A stretch of DNA of 64,000 nucleotides from an uncultured Acetatifactor sp. (GCA_910584865.1 CAJUCE010000026.1:3472-67471), one strand, 5' to 3'; counted from the stretch's first letter, positions 10,403-20,676 are shown. Numbers and translations: made by a program. Notes: a model not told the origin generated them from the sequence alone.

Positions 10403-11584
10403 ATGAAAGAAGAAATGACCATGAAAAACACGATCTTAAAAAAGTTCACAGAAGTATTCGGAGAGAAGGAGGGTGTGAAGACTTATTTTGCGCCGGGCAG
10501 GGTCAACCTGATCGGAGAACATACCGACTATAACGGCGGACATGTGTTTCCGTGTGCGTTGACCATCGGGACTTACGGTGCGGCACGCAGGAGAACGGAT
10601 AACAAGCTGCGTTTTTACTCCATGAATTTCGAGAAGCTGGGTGTGATCTCGTCTTCCCTGGAGGAGCTGGAGCCGTCCAAGGAGGCAGGGTGGACCAATT
10701 ATCCCAAGGGCGTTATGTGGGCCTTCGGAGAAAAGGGGATGCAGATACCTTTCGGCATGGATCTGATGTTATACGGAAATATTCCCAACGGTTCAGGGTT
10801 GTCTTCTTCTGCCTCTGTGGAGGTTTTGACGGGATACATACTGAGAGATTTTTTCGGATTCCAGGTGAGTAACCAGGATCTGGCCCTGATCGGACAGTAT
10901 GCGGAGAACAATTTCAACAAGGTAAACTGCGGTATCATGGATCAGTTTGCCATTGCCATGGGAAAGAAGGAGCATGCCATCTTCCTGGATACGGCAGATC
11001 TGTCCTTTGAATATGCGCCCATTGTGCTGGAGGGGGCGAAGATCGTTATCGCCAGCAGTAATAAGAAGCGGGGATTGGGAGACTCCAAGTACAATGAGCG
11101 CCGCAGTGAGTGCGAGACTGCGCTGGCGGAGCTGCAGCAGGAAGTGCAGATTGGGGCGCTGGGAGATTTAAATGAGGAAACGTTCGAAAGATATCAATCC
11201 GCCATCAAGGATGATGTGCGCAGGAAACGGGCAAAACATGCGGTTTACGAGAATCAGCGTACCATTCGTGCGGTGGAGGCGCTGAAGGCAAATAATGTGG
11301 CACTGTTCGGCCAGCTGATGAATGATTCCCATGTGTCGCTGCGGGATGATTATGAGGTGACGGGAATAGAGCTGGATACTTTGGTGGAAGGGGCCTGGAA
11401 GGTGGACGGCGTCATCGGATCCAGGATGACAGGCGCAGGCTTCGGCGGCTGTACGGTGAGTATCGTGAAGGACGAGGCCATTGATACCTTTATTGAGAAG
11501 GTGGGCAGCGCTTATAAGGAAAAGATCGGTTATGCGGCAGACTTTTATGTCGTGGAAGTGGGAGACGGCCCCGTTACGCTATGA
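10403..11584 (+). CDS. galK: Galactokinase
   Basis: APGRVNLIGEHTDYN, GSGLSSSA, RMTGAGFGGC. Confidence 0.97.
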   Translation: MKEEMTMKNTILKKFTEVFGEKEGVKTYFAPGRVNLIGEHTDYNGGHVFPCALTIGTYGAARRRTDNKLRFYSMNFEKLGVISSSLEELEPSKEAGWTNYPKGVMWAFGEKGMQIPFGMDLMLYGNIPNGSGLSSSASVEVLTGYILRDFFGFQVSNQDLALIGQYAENNFNKVNCGIMDQFAIAMGKKEHAIFLDTADLSFEYAPIVLEGAKIVIASSNKKRGLGDSKYNERRSECETALAELQQEVQIGALGDLNEETFERYQSAIKDDVRRKRAKHAVYENQRTIRAVEALKANNVALFGQLMNDSHVSLRDDYEVTGIELDTLVEGAWKVDGVIGSRMTGAGFGGCTVSIVKDEAIDTFIEKVGSAYKEKIGYAADFYVVEVGDGPVTL

Positions 11585-11710
11585 AGCGGTCCACAATTGA
11601 TAGATGATCTTGCAACAGAAGTGCAATCTTGGGGAGATGCGGCAGAGAGACCAAAAGTGCAATGAAGGATTGAAGGGCAGGGAAGGATTATCTGTGTTAC
11701 AGAAAGGTGT

Positions 11711-13228
11711 GTGATTGGGATGGAGAGAATAGAGGCCGATATCAGGAAGCTGGTATCCTATGGGATCCGTACGGGGCTTGTACCCTGTGAGGATGTGATT
11801 TTTACCATAAACAGATTGTTGGAACTCTTTGGACTGGATGAGATAGAGGAGACGGAGGAAACTGTCTCCATGCAGGAAGAGGAGTTGGAGGCGGTTCTGA
11901 ACAGCATGTGCGATTATGCATATGAAAAAGGATTGCTGGCAGAGAATACGGTAACTTACCGCGATTTGTTTGATACGAAGATCATGAGCATGTTGATGCC
12001 CAGGCCCAGCGAAGTGATCCGAAAATTCAGAGAACTGTACGAGACGGATTCCCCCAGAGCGGCTACGGATTACTATTATAAGCTTAGCCGGGATTCTGAC
12101 TATATCCGCAGATACCGTATTGCCCGGGACATGAAATGGATTGCGTCCACCAGGTATGGGGATTTGGATATTACCATCAATCTGTCCAAGCCGGAGAAGG
12201 ATCCCAAGGCTATTGCCGCCGCTAGGAACGCGAAACAGTCCGGGTATCCCAAGTGCCTGCTTTGCCGGGAAAATGAGGGCTATGCAGGCCGCGTCAATCA
12301 TCCTGCCAGACAGAACCACCGCATTATCCCGGTGATTATTTATGGCAGCCAGTGGGGATTCCAGTATTCTCCCTATGTGTATTATAATGAGCATTGTATT
12401 GTGTTTAATTATCAACATGTGCCTATGAAAATCGATCACGCGGCATTCTGCAAGCTGTTTGATTTTGTAAAACAGTTTCCCCATTATTTCGTGGGGTCCA
12501 ATGCAGATTTGCCGATTGTGGGAGGTTCTATTTTAAGTCATGATCATTTCCAGGGAGGCCATTATGAATTTGCCATGGCAAAGGCGCCGGTGGAGAGGGA
12601 ATTTACAGTGGAAGGCTTTGCCGATGTAAGGGCAGGCGTGGTAAACTGGCCCATGTCAGTGATCCGCTTAAACGGGCCGGACAGTGACAGGATCATCGCT
12701 TTGGCAGACCGGATACTGGAGAAATGGCGCGGCTATACGGATGAAAGCGCATTTGTGTATGCTTATACGGATGGAGAACCTCATAATACTATCACGCCCA
12801 TCGCCAGAAAGCGGGGAGAGAATTTTGAACTGGATCTGGTATTGCGAAACAATATCACTACTCCGGAGCATCCGTTGGGTGTGTATCATCCCCATGCAAA
12901 GCTTCACCACATCAAGAAGGAAAACATCGGTTTGATCGAGGTAATGGGACTGGCCGTGCTGCCTGCCCGCCTGAAGGAAGAGATGGCGCAGCTGAAGGAG
13001 GCCATTCTGACAGGGGCTCGTCTGCGTGAGGATGAAGTGTTAGCCAAGCATGCGGACTGGGTGGATGAATTTAGGCCGAAATATGATCAGATCGACTCCT
13101 CCAATATTGACGGTATCATTGAGAATGAGATCGGGCTGGTATTCATGGAAGTGTTGGAGGATGCCGGGGTGTATAAACGGACGGCAGAAGGACAGGCGGC
13201 GTTTGACCGGTTTATCGGATGTATCTAA
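11711..13228 (+). CDS. galT: Galactose-1-phosphate uridylyltransferase (type II)
   Basis: ITINLSKPEKDPK, GSNADLPIVGGSILSHDHFQGG, KKENIGLIEVMG. Confidence 0.97.
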   Translation: MIGMERIEADIRKLVSYGIRTGLVPCEDVIFTINRLLELFGLDEIEETEETVSMQEEELEAVLNSMCDYAYEKGLLAENTVTYRDLFDTKIMSMLMPRPSEVIRKFRELYETDSPRAATDYYYKLSRDSDYIRRYRIARDMKWIASTRYGDLDITINLSKPEKDPKAIAAARNAKQSGYPKCLLCRENEGYAGRVNHPARQNHRIIPVIIYGSQWGFQYSPYVYYNEHCIVFNYQHVPMKIDHAAFCKLFDFVKQFPHYFVGSNADLPIVGGSILSHDHFQGGHYEFAMAKAPVEREFTVEGFADVRAGVVNWPMSVIRLNGPDSDRIIALADRILEKWRGYTDESAFVYAYTDGEPHNTITPIARKRGENFELDLVLRNNITTPEHPLGVYHPHAKLHHIKKENIGLIEVMGLAVLPARLKEEMAQLKEAILTGARLREDEVLAKHADWVDEFRPKYDQIDSSNIDGIIENEIGLVFMEVLEDAGVYKRTAEGQAAFDRFIGCI

Positions 13229-13251
13229 AAGTCAAATAAAGAATTGAGAAG

Positions 13252-13300
13252 AATGGAAGGGATAGTCTGGACAGAGATCCCTTCCATTTGTTTTACTTTT
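13252..13300 (+). terminator. Intrinsic terminator after galT
   Basis: AATGGAAGGGAT/ATCCCTTCCATT stem followed by a T-rich tail. Confidence 0.7.
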
Positions 13301-13413
13301 TCCAATGCCTGTCAATTCCCGATCTCTTTACCATTACCTTAAAAGCGTTTGCAAAATGGTATTGAGCAATGTATAATATTGACTTAAGGGAGTGGAAAGG
13401 ATATGAGCTTATT

Positions 13414-14742
13414 ATGAACAAAGATTTGACAGTTGGAAAGCCGGAGGCTGTATTGTGGAGGTTCTGCCTGCCCCTGTTCGGCAGCGTCCTCTTTCAGCAG
13501 CTATACAATATTGCGGACAGCCTGGTGGCCGGGAAGTTTGTGAGTGAAAACGCACTGGCGGCTGTGGGAAATAGTTACGAGATCACCCTGATTTTCATTG
13601 CTTTTGCCTTTGGCTGCAACATGGGTTGCTCCGTCATGGTGTCGCAGCTGTTTGGGGCAAAGGACTATAGTGGGATGAAAACGGCTGTGTCCACAGCCTG
13701 TATTTTCAGTGCGGTGCTCTGCGGCCTTTTGATGGCGGTGGGAATAGGGGGATGCGGCCCGCTACTACGGCTGATCCGGACGCCGGAGGAGGTATTTGCG
13801 GATTCGGCGCTGTATCTGGATATCTATGTGTGGGGGCTGCCCTTTGTGTTTTTCTATAATATCGCAACCGGGATATTTTCGGCACTTGGGGATTCCAGGA
13901 CGCCTTTTCTCTTCCTGGCTGCATCTTCCCTGTCCAATATAGGGGTGGATATCCTGTTTGTTAAAACATTCGGAATGGGAGTCTCCGGAGTGGCCTGGGC
14001 AACTTTCCTGTGCCAGGGGGTAAGCTGCGTCCTGGCAGTGACCGTGGTATGGCGGAGGCTTAAAAAGATCGAGGCCCAGGGCAGCTCCGTCCTCTTTGAC
14101 TGGGGTATCCTGAAGAAAATTCTGGTAATCGCTGTGCCCAGCATCCTGCAGCAGAGTTTTATTTCCATAGGAAATATCATGATCCAGAGCGTTATCAACG
14201 GATTCGGCCCTTCGGTGATGGCGGGGTATTCTGCGGCCGTGAAGCTGAATAATATGGTCATCACCTCTTTCACTACCATAGGCAACGGAATCTCCAATTT
14301 TGCGGCCCAGAACCTGGGGGCCGGGAAATATGGCAGGATCCGGGAGGCGTTCCGGGCGGGCATTAAAATGGTCTGGTGCCTGTGTGTGCCTTTCTGTATT
14401 TTATACCTGCTTTGCGGGAGATACCTGCTGCTCCTGTTTCTGGAGACGGATTCCGGGGAGGCTTTGCTCACGGGCATGCAGTTTTTGTGGATTTTGTCGC
14501 CCTTTTATTTTGTGGTATCCGCAAAACTGGTTGCGGACGGGATTCTCCGGGGGATTAGTGCCATGGGACAGTTTATGGCGGCTACATTGTTGGATTTAGC
14601 CCTGCGTGTGGTTCTTGCATTTGTGCTGCCGCAGTGGATCGGGAATGCAATGGGTGTCTGGGCGGCCTGGCCCATGGGCTGGACGGTAGCCACGGCGCTT
14701 TCCATTTTCTTTTATCGGAAGAAAGTGCCTGCGGATGTTTGA
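13414..14742 (+). CDS. MATE family efflux transporter
   Basis: QQLYNIADSLVAG, ALGDSRTP, AQNLGAG; many TM segments. Confidence 0.92.
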   Translation: MNKDLTVGKPEAVLWRFCLPLFGSVLFQQLYNIADSLVAGKFVSENALAAVGNSYEITLIFIAFAFGCNMGCSVMVSQLFGAKDYSGMKTAVSTACIFSAVLCGLLMAVGIGGCGPLLRLIRTPEEVFADSALYLDIYVWGLPFVFFYNIATGIFSALGDSRTPFLFLAASSLSNIGVDILFVKTFGMGVSGVAWATFLCQGVSCVLAVTVVWRRLKKIEAQGSSVLFDWGILKKILVIAVPSILQQSFISIGNIMIQSVINGFGPSVMAGYSAAVKLNNMVITSFTTIGNGISNFAAQNLGAGKYGRIREAFRAGIKMVWCLCVPFCILYLLCGRYLLLLFLETDSGEALLTGMQFLWILSPFYFVVSAKLVADGILRGISAMGQFMAATLLDLALRVVLAFVLPQWIGNAMGVWAAWPMGWTVATALSIFFYRKKVPADV

Positions 14743-14823
14743 TGCAGGATGGAGGAGTGAGGAATTTTAATTGCGTGGGCATTGAGGGGAAGTACGAAAA
14801 TGCTTGATGCTTAGGTACTTAGG

Positions 14824-14852
14824 TTGAAAAGCCTTCCGGAAAAGTATATACT
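14824..14852 (+). promoter_or_regulatory. Sigma-A promoter for the EF-Tu domain II gene
   Basis: TTGAAA-17 bp-TATACT; GGAGG RBS before ATG 14886. Confidence 0.55.
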
Positions 14853-14885
14853 ATAATAAAAGGTTTCAGTTAGACAGGAGGCAGT

Positions 14886-15266
14886 ATGGGGTTTTTTGAT
14901 TTGTTTAAAAACAAAAGGCAGGATAATGGTACATATCACAGACCGGAGGGCGCGGAGTCCTGTTATGGCGGAGGAGCGGCTGACAGTTTCGGGACATTCC
15001 GCATCATGGTTGAGGATGTATTTACCATTACCGGGCGGGGGACTGTGATTACCGGAAAAGTGGAGTCCGGTACCGTGACGGTGGGAGATCAGGTGACGCT
15101 GCGCCGGGTGGACGGCAGTACACGGGAGGTGACTGTGGCAGGTCTGGAGATGTTCCGAAAGATGCTGAATACCGCGGGGCAGGGTGATAATGTGGGATTG
15201 CTGCTGCGCGGGGTAACCAAATCCGATGTGGGAAGAGGAGATGTACTGGAAAAAGGATGGCAGTGA
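14886..15266 (+). CDS. Stand-alone EF-Tu domain II-like protein
   Basis: VEDVFTITGRGTVITGKVESG...GLEMFRK...GDNVGLLLRG..KSDVGRG matches EF-Tu domain II; no G domain or domain III. Confidence 0.85.
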   Translation: MGFFDLFKNKRQDNGTYHRPEGAESCYGGGAADSFGTFRIMVEDVFTITGRGTVITGKVESGTVTVGDQVTLRRVDGSTREVTVAGLEMFRKMLNTAGQGDNVGLLLRGVTKSDVGRGDVLEKGWQ

Positions 15267-15345
15267 GAATAGGGAAGTGCTTACAAGCGCATAGAGAATC
15301 AGGGAAAGAATAGGAAGCAGTGCTCAAAGGCAGCAGGAGGAAGAG

Positions 15346-16497
15346 ATGAAAAGGGTGATAATGAATCAGAAGCGTGATAGTGGAATGTTCCGGAAAGGGG
15401 CAGCCGCGGCGGTATTTGCAGCCGCAATTGTGTCTGCGGCGGGGTGCGGCAACAGTGTTATGGACAGGAATGGGGCACTGGATCTGGCTCTGGCGGACGC
15501 CGGGCTTGCCGCTGAAGAGATTACCCTCACCAGACAGGAACTGGAGAGGGAAGGCGGGAAACCTTATTATGAGATTGCATTTACTTCCGGCGGATATGAC
15601 TATCAATATGAAATAGATGCGTCTTCAGAGGCTGTCACAGAGGTTAGCATTAATGCGCTTCCGGCAGGCGGGCATGTGGGGGCACAGCAGGGGCAGGATG
15701 TTGGCCGGTCTGGCAGCGTGCAGGACCAGGGAAGTGGAGAGAGCGGCATGCAGCCTGACAGCGTGCAGAGCCAGGGAAGCGGGGAGACCGGCGTGCAGGG
15801 TCAGGGAAGTGGAGAGTCTGGTGTACAGCCTGGCAGTGGGCAGGGTCAGGGAAGTGGAGAGTCTGGTGTACAGCCTGGCAGTGGGCAGGGTCAGGGAAGT
15901 GGAGAGTCTGGTGTACAGCCTGGCAGTGGGCAGAGCCAGGAAAGCGGAGAGACTGGCGGGGCATCCAGCGGACAACAGGGTCAGGGAAACGGTCAGTCCG
16001 GCAGTGGGCAGCCCCAGGGTGGTGCCCAGCCCGGTAATCAGTCCTCTCTCTATGTGGACACCATGGACAGCGCGAAATCCATAGCTTTGGCGGATGCAGG
16101 CCTGACAGAGTCGGATGTGACTTTTACGAAGGAAAAGCTGGACTGGGATGACGGTGTGGCAGTATATGATATTGATTTTTTTACTGCTGATATGGAATAT
16201 GGATATGAGATCGACGCGGCAACGGGCGTGATCATGGATAAGAGCGCAGAGGCGTTCCGTAATCCAGGAACAGTGGGAACGGACACGCTGATCGGGGAGG
16301 ATGAGGCAAAGGAAATTGCGGTAACCCATGCGGGTTTTACCACAACGGAAGTTTTTTTCACCAAGATAAAACTGGAAAAGGAACATGGATATACGGAGTA
16401 TGAGATAGAATTTTACAAGGACAGGGTGGAATATGAATATACCATAGATGCGTCTACCGGCGCTGTCCTGGAGTACGACAGCGAGTATGGTGACTAG
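15346..16497 (+). CDS. PepSY-repeat lipoprotein with Gly/Ser/Gln-rich linker
   Basis: Lipobox AAGC; three YEIEF...YEIDA..G PepSY-like repeats. Confidence 0.85.
   Translation: MKRVIMNQKRDSGMFRKGAAAAVFAAAIVSAAGCGNSVMDRNGALDLALADAGLAAEEITLTRQELEREGGKPYYEIAFTSGGYDYQYEIDASSEAVTEVSINALPAGGHVGAQQGQDVGRSGSVQDQGSGESGMQPDSVQSQGSGETGVQGQGSGESGVQPGSGQGQGSGESGVQPGSGQGQGSGESGVQPGSGQSQESGETGGASSGQQGQGNGQSGSGQPQGGAQPGNQSSLYVDTMDSAKSIALADAGLTESDVTFTKEKLDWDDGVAVYDIDFFTADMEYGYEIDAATGVIMDKSAEAFRNPGTVGTDTLIGEDEAKEIAVTHAGFTTTEVFFTKIKLEKEHGYTEYEIEFYKDRVEYEYTIDASTGAVLEYDSEYGD
15721..15960 (+). repeat. Coding tandem repeat, 45-bp unit (QGQGSGESGVQPGSG)
   Basis: Three identical copies at 15796-15930 plus degenerate flanking copies. 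Confidence 0.95.
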
Positions 16498-16657
16498 TAC
16501 TGCCTTGTGGAAATTCCAGTGAATTCAGCACTCGCTCCTTGTGCCGGTGCTGCGTCGTCATCAGCAGGTGTGTCGCCGCATCGCCTCATTCTTCCTCCTT
16601 GCCCTGACACAAATATCGGGCACTGAATTCACCGTTATTCCCGCAAGGCAGTACTAG
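16494..16657. mobile_element. MITE/REP-like element with terminal inverted repeats
   Basis: CTAG TACTGCCTTGTGGAAATTCCAGTGAATTCAG ... CTGAATTCACCGTTATTCCCGCAAGGCAGTA CTAG; no ORF. Confidence 0.75.
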
Positions 16658-16721
16658 TATCTAAAACAGCCCTGAAGGGTCAGGAAACAAAAGAACATAA
16701 TCAGATAAGGAGAAGCAAAAT

Positions 16722-18224
16722 ATGGGGAAAAGGCCGAACATTCTTTTCATCCTGTCAGATGACCAGGGAGAATGGGCAATGCACTGTGCGGGCACGACGG
16801 AACTGTATACTCCCAATTTGGACCGGATTGCTGCGGAGGGAATGCGGTTTGAAAACTTTTTCTGCGTTTCGCCTGTGTGTTCTCCGGCCAGGGCATCTCT
16901 TCTCACGGGAACAATTCCCTCTGTTCACGGAGTCCATGACTGGATCAGGAGCGGAAATGTGGACGGAGAGAGATTCAGGAAGCAGGGGCAGGAGAATCCC
17001 TATGCCGGGGGCTATTCCCGGGAGACCAAGCCGGAAGCCTTCCTGGAGGGGCAGGTGACCTACACGGATTTGTTGGCGGAGAACGGCTATACCTGCGCCC
17101 TGTCCGGAAAGTGGCATCTGGGGGACAGTGTCAGGATGCAGCATGGTTTTTCCAAATGGTATTCTCTGGGGCGCGGTGGATGCTGCTATTACCACGCCGA
17201 TATAACGGAAAACGGCGATATCAAAGTGGAGCATGGTAAGTATGTGACGGAGCTGATCACCGACAGGGCGCTGCGCTGGATGGACGAACTGGCAAAGGAG
17301 GAGAATCCCTTCTATCTGTCCGTGCATTATACTGCGCCTCACTCGCCCTGGGCCGAGGATCAGCATCCGGCCAAATGGATCGACTATTACAGGGACTGTG
17401 CCTTTGAAAGCATCCCCGATATTCCTGATCACCCCAATATGACCACGGGGCCTGTTTACAATACCGGAAGGCGCAGGGAGAACCTGACAGGGTATTTCGC
17501 CGCGGTCAGCGCCATGGACGAGCAGATTGGGCGTATTCTGCAGAAGGTAGAAGAACTGGATTCCGGGCGGGAGACTCTTGTGATCTTTACCGCGGACAAC
17601 GGCATGAACATGGGGCATCATGGCGTGTGGGGAAAAGGAAACGGTACCTTTCCCATGAACATGTATGACACGGCGGTGAAGGTGCCGTTTTTGGTCTGTT
17701 GGAAGGGACATATACCTGCGGGCAGAGTGAACAGGGAACTGGTCAGCGCTTATGATGTATTTCCTACTCTGTTGGAGCTTGCCGGGATATCCTGGCACGG
17801 GACGAAGATACTTCCGGGGAAGAGCTTTGCCGGACAGTTGTTATCCGGGGAAAAGGTTGATAAGTCGGGGGAAGGCGTCGGTAAAGCGGCTGGAGAGGAG
17901 CGCACAGTTGTTGTCTATGACGAATACGGGCCGGTGCGGATGATTCGGAGCAAGGACTGGAAGTATATCCACCGTTATCCTTATGGATATCACGAGCTAT
18001 ATGATCTGGAAAACGACCCGGGAGAGGAACGCAATCTTTATGGGGATCCCCGGTATGCGGGAAAAGTGGCAGAGATGCGCCGCCGGATGGAGGGATGGTT
18101 TGAGCAGTATGTACGGGGGGAACGGAACGGTATCATGCAGGCAGTAACCGGAGCCGGGCAGGACTGCCCTGTGGGAAAAAGCGGTGACCGAGTGAATATA
18201 TATGGCAGGGTGGAAGAAATTTAA
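16722..18224 (+). CDS. Cys-type sulfatase
   Basis: PNILFILSDD, CSPARASLLTG (CxPxR), GKWHLG, ADNG. Confidence 0.93.
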   Translation: MGKRPNILFILSDDQGEWAMHCAGTTELYTPNLDRIAAEGMRFENFFCVSPVCSPARASLLTGTIPSVHGVHDWIRSGNVDGERFRKQGQENPYAGGYSRETKPEAFLEGQVTYTDLLAENGYTCALSGKWHLGDSVRMQHGFSKWYSLGRGGCCYYHADITENGDIKVEHGKYVTELITDRALRWMDELAKEENPFYLSVHYTAPHSPWAEDQHPAKWIDYYRDCAFESIPDIPDHPNMTTGPVYNTGRRRENLTGYFAAVSAMDEQIGRILQKVEELDSGRETLVIFTADNGMNMGHHGVWGKGNGTFPMNMYDTAVKVPFLVCWKGHIPAGRVNRELVSAYDVFPTLLELAGISWHGTKILPGKSFAGQLLSGEKVDKSGEGVGKAAGEERTVVVYDEYGPVRMIRSKDWKYIHRYPYGYHELYDLENDPGEERNLYGDPRYAGKVAEMRRRMEGWFEQYVRGERNGIMQAVTGAGQDCPVGKSGDRVNIYGRVEEI

Positions 18225-18236
18225 ATAGTCAAAGAC

Positions 18237-18268
18237 AAAACGGGGCTGCCGCGTGACAGCCCTGTTTT
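18237..18268. terminator. Bidirectional terminator between convergent genes
   Basis: AAAACGGGGCTG / CAGCCCTGTTTT stem. Confidence 0.65.
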
Positions 18269-18330
18269 CAATCAATAAGACAAAAATTTTATTTCCGGTT
18301 TGTCCTGGCTGGGGAAAACGGCTTCCATTC

Positions 18331-20556
18331 CTACATCATCGTATCATCCCGCAGAACCTCCGCCAGGTTGATTTTCCGCATGTTCCGCCAGGCAAGGGAA
18401 TAGCCCAGCGCTACACAGGCCAGGATAGCCAGCATGAACAGGGCAATGGGAACCAGAGGAGCTTCTGCCAGGAATTCCGCAGGGGCTACGTAGCTCATTT
18501 TCAGCATGAGGCCCACACCGATGGCCGACAGGGGGAGGGTGACCAGAATCGGGCGGCCGGCCAGAACTAACGCCTCGATGCAGAACATTTTTCGCAGGGA
18601 CGCGGGCGTCAGGCCCACGGACATGTACCTGGCGAATTCCCGTTTCCGCTGCCGGACGAATCCCAGTGTGTTGGAGAACACATTGCCGATGCCGATTACG
18701 GCAAGCAGGACACAGAAACCGCCGAATCCCACTTTCATTCCCTGGATCTGGGTGTTGTTGGTTTCATATTCCTGGATGCGGTTTTCACTCTCCACGGTAT
18801 AAGTGGGGCTTATGAGGGTGCCAATTCGGGACTGCAGGTCATTCAGCTCTTCCAGGGAGGCGTTTTCTGTTCCAAGGACGCAGATGTAGGCTTCATTTTC
18901 GGCGTTTCCGAGCTGTCCTTTGATTTCCTTCCACAGGGATGCGGGGAGGAAATGTACTAATTCATAGTAGTTGAGAGTGGCGTATTCTTCACGCAGGGCG
19001 GGGAGCTGCTCCGTATAGGCGAGAACCGGAACCTCTGCCGTCAGTTCCTCACTGCCGGACTGGCGCAGGATGCTTACAGGGGCTTCCCCGGTGTTGTCCT
19101 TTTTCAAGTAGGGCGAATAAACCGGGTGACGGAAATCGGGATTGGTCACATCCCGGATCTGATTTATGATCACCGCGCCGTCCAATCTGGGGACAATGCC
19201 CAGTTGCTCACAGTAGGCGGAAAAGCTGTTGTCGTCCAGTATCATAAGCGGAGCGTTTACAAGCCAGCAGCCGTCTGCCGGGGTGACATAGTGCCCGGGG
19301 GCCTGGGAAAAGCCGCCGAAGGATTTCATTTCTTCGCTGAGTTCCGCCTCCGTGATGAGTCTCTTTGCCGAGGCCTTTTGATACGCAATGGCGCTCCTCA
19401 CTCCGGCAAGTGTTCGGACGTTTTCCGTCTCCGGAAAGTTTTCCACCTGAACGTCTTTTAGGGTGATATAAATATCCCAGGCATCTTGGTATTTTTCAAA
19501 ATAGGTTTCTCTGGTGCTGATGCCCGAGAGGGAGAAGAAGCATTGCATGGCCGTGAACGCCATAAAGGAAAATACCAGGGACAGGGATGCCGTCCGCAGG
19601 GCTTTGCGCTGTGCCCTTAAGGCGTTGCCCGCTAGTTCTCCCTCCACGCCGAAGAGGAGGCTTAAGACGGGCGATTTTTTCCTGCGTTTCAGTTGTAGTT
19701 CCCCGGTGTTCCTGATGGCCTCCAGGGGAGTGAGCCGGCTCAGCTTTCTGGCGGGAAGCCAGGCGGAAATCCATATGGTTGCCAGGGTGAGAAGCAGCGT
19801 AACCAGGAAAACCAATGGATGGTAGCCGGGAGCCGCCTCATGCCGCCCCGGAATATCGCTCCCCAACAGCACATTGGTCAGGAGCATCAGCCCAACCGCG
19901 CCCGCGATGCCTAGGAGGTTTCCGGTCACCAGGGGCAGGGCGCACAGGGAGGCGGCTTCCTGCAGCAGGCAGGCGCGGATTTGTTTTGGCGTAGCCCCGA
20001 TACTGGAAAAGATGCCGAACTGGTGAATCCTGGCGTTCATGGAAACCGCGAAGGAATTGTGTATGATGACAACCAGGGAGAAGGATGCCATCAACGTAAT
20101 CAGGATGAACAGGGGAAACAGCAGCCTGGGCGCGGTATCCTGGGGATCCCGGATCAGGTACATCGCCAGAAGCTGATGGTGGTAGAGGGTTTTCTCCGCA
20201 GGAATCCCCGCCAGTTCGGCGATGCGGGGCGTGTCTTTCAGGACATCTCTGTAATCGTAAAAATAGAGGTCCGTAATCGTTTCTTCGTCCTGGCTTTTCT
20301 TTTCGTTTATTACCGCATCTTTTATAGTGGCGAAATTTCTGATGGACTCCAGAGCTTCGTTGTCGATTTCTCCCACCAGACGGCTCTGCCAGGCGCCGTC
20401 CTCCAGTGCTATCCGCTCCACCTCATATTTCCACATGTTGTAGAATAATCCGCACAGCAGGGACAAAAGAAGCGCTGAAATGAATGCCGAGATCCGGACG
20501 GAGAGACTGGAAGCCGGATTGTTTTTTCTGTAATCTGATGAATATTCTTTCCACAT
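18331..20556 (-). CDS. FtsX/MacB-type ABC transporter permease
   Basis: RIHQFGIFSSIGATPKQI and RKREFARYMSVG motifs; multiple TM segments. Confidence 0.9.
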   Translation of the reverse strand: MWKEYSSDYRKNNPASSLSVRISAFISALLLSLLCGLFYNMWKYEVERIALEDGAWQSRLVGEIDNEALESIRNFATIKDAVINEKKSQDEETITDLYFYDYRDVLKDTPRIAELAGIPAEKTLYHHQLLAMYLIRDPQDTAPRLLFPLFILITLMASFSLVVIIHNSFAVSMNARIHQFGIFSSIGATPKQIRACLLQEAASLCALPLVTGNLLGIAGAVGLMLLTNVLLGSDIPGRHEAAPGYHPLVFLVTLLLTLATIWISAWLPARKLSRLTPLEAIRNTGELQLKRRKKSPVLSLLFGVEGELAGNALRAQRKALRTASLSLVFSFMAFTAMQCFFSLSGISTRETYFEKYQDAWDIYITLKDVQVENFPETENVRTLAGVRSAIAYQKASAKRLITEAELSEEMKSFGGFSQAPGHYVTPADGCWLVNAPLMILDDNSFSAYCEQLGIVPRLDGAVIINQIRDVTNPDFRHPVYSPYLKKDNTGEAPVSILRQSGSEELTAEVPVLAYTEQLPALREEYATLNYYELVHFLPASLWKEIKGQLGNAENEAYICVLGTENASLEELNDLQSRIGTLISPTYTVESENRIQEYETNNTQIQGMKVGFGGFCVLLAVIGIGNVFSNTLGFVRQRKREFARYMSVGLTPASLRKMFCIEALVLAGRPILVTLPLSAIGVGLMLKMSYVAPAEFLAEAPLVPIALFMLAILACVALGYSLAWRNMRKINLAEVLRDDTMM

Positions 20557-20676
20557 AGTTATAACGCTGTTGCATGATTTGGGAAATGCCGCAGATTTTT
20601 CTTAAGAACTGCCGCGAAGCCCTTTCTTTCAGAATTGCCGGTAACTTTCTCTGGGAAATGCCGTGCAGACTCCTTG

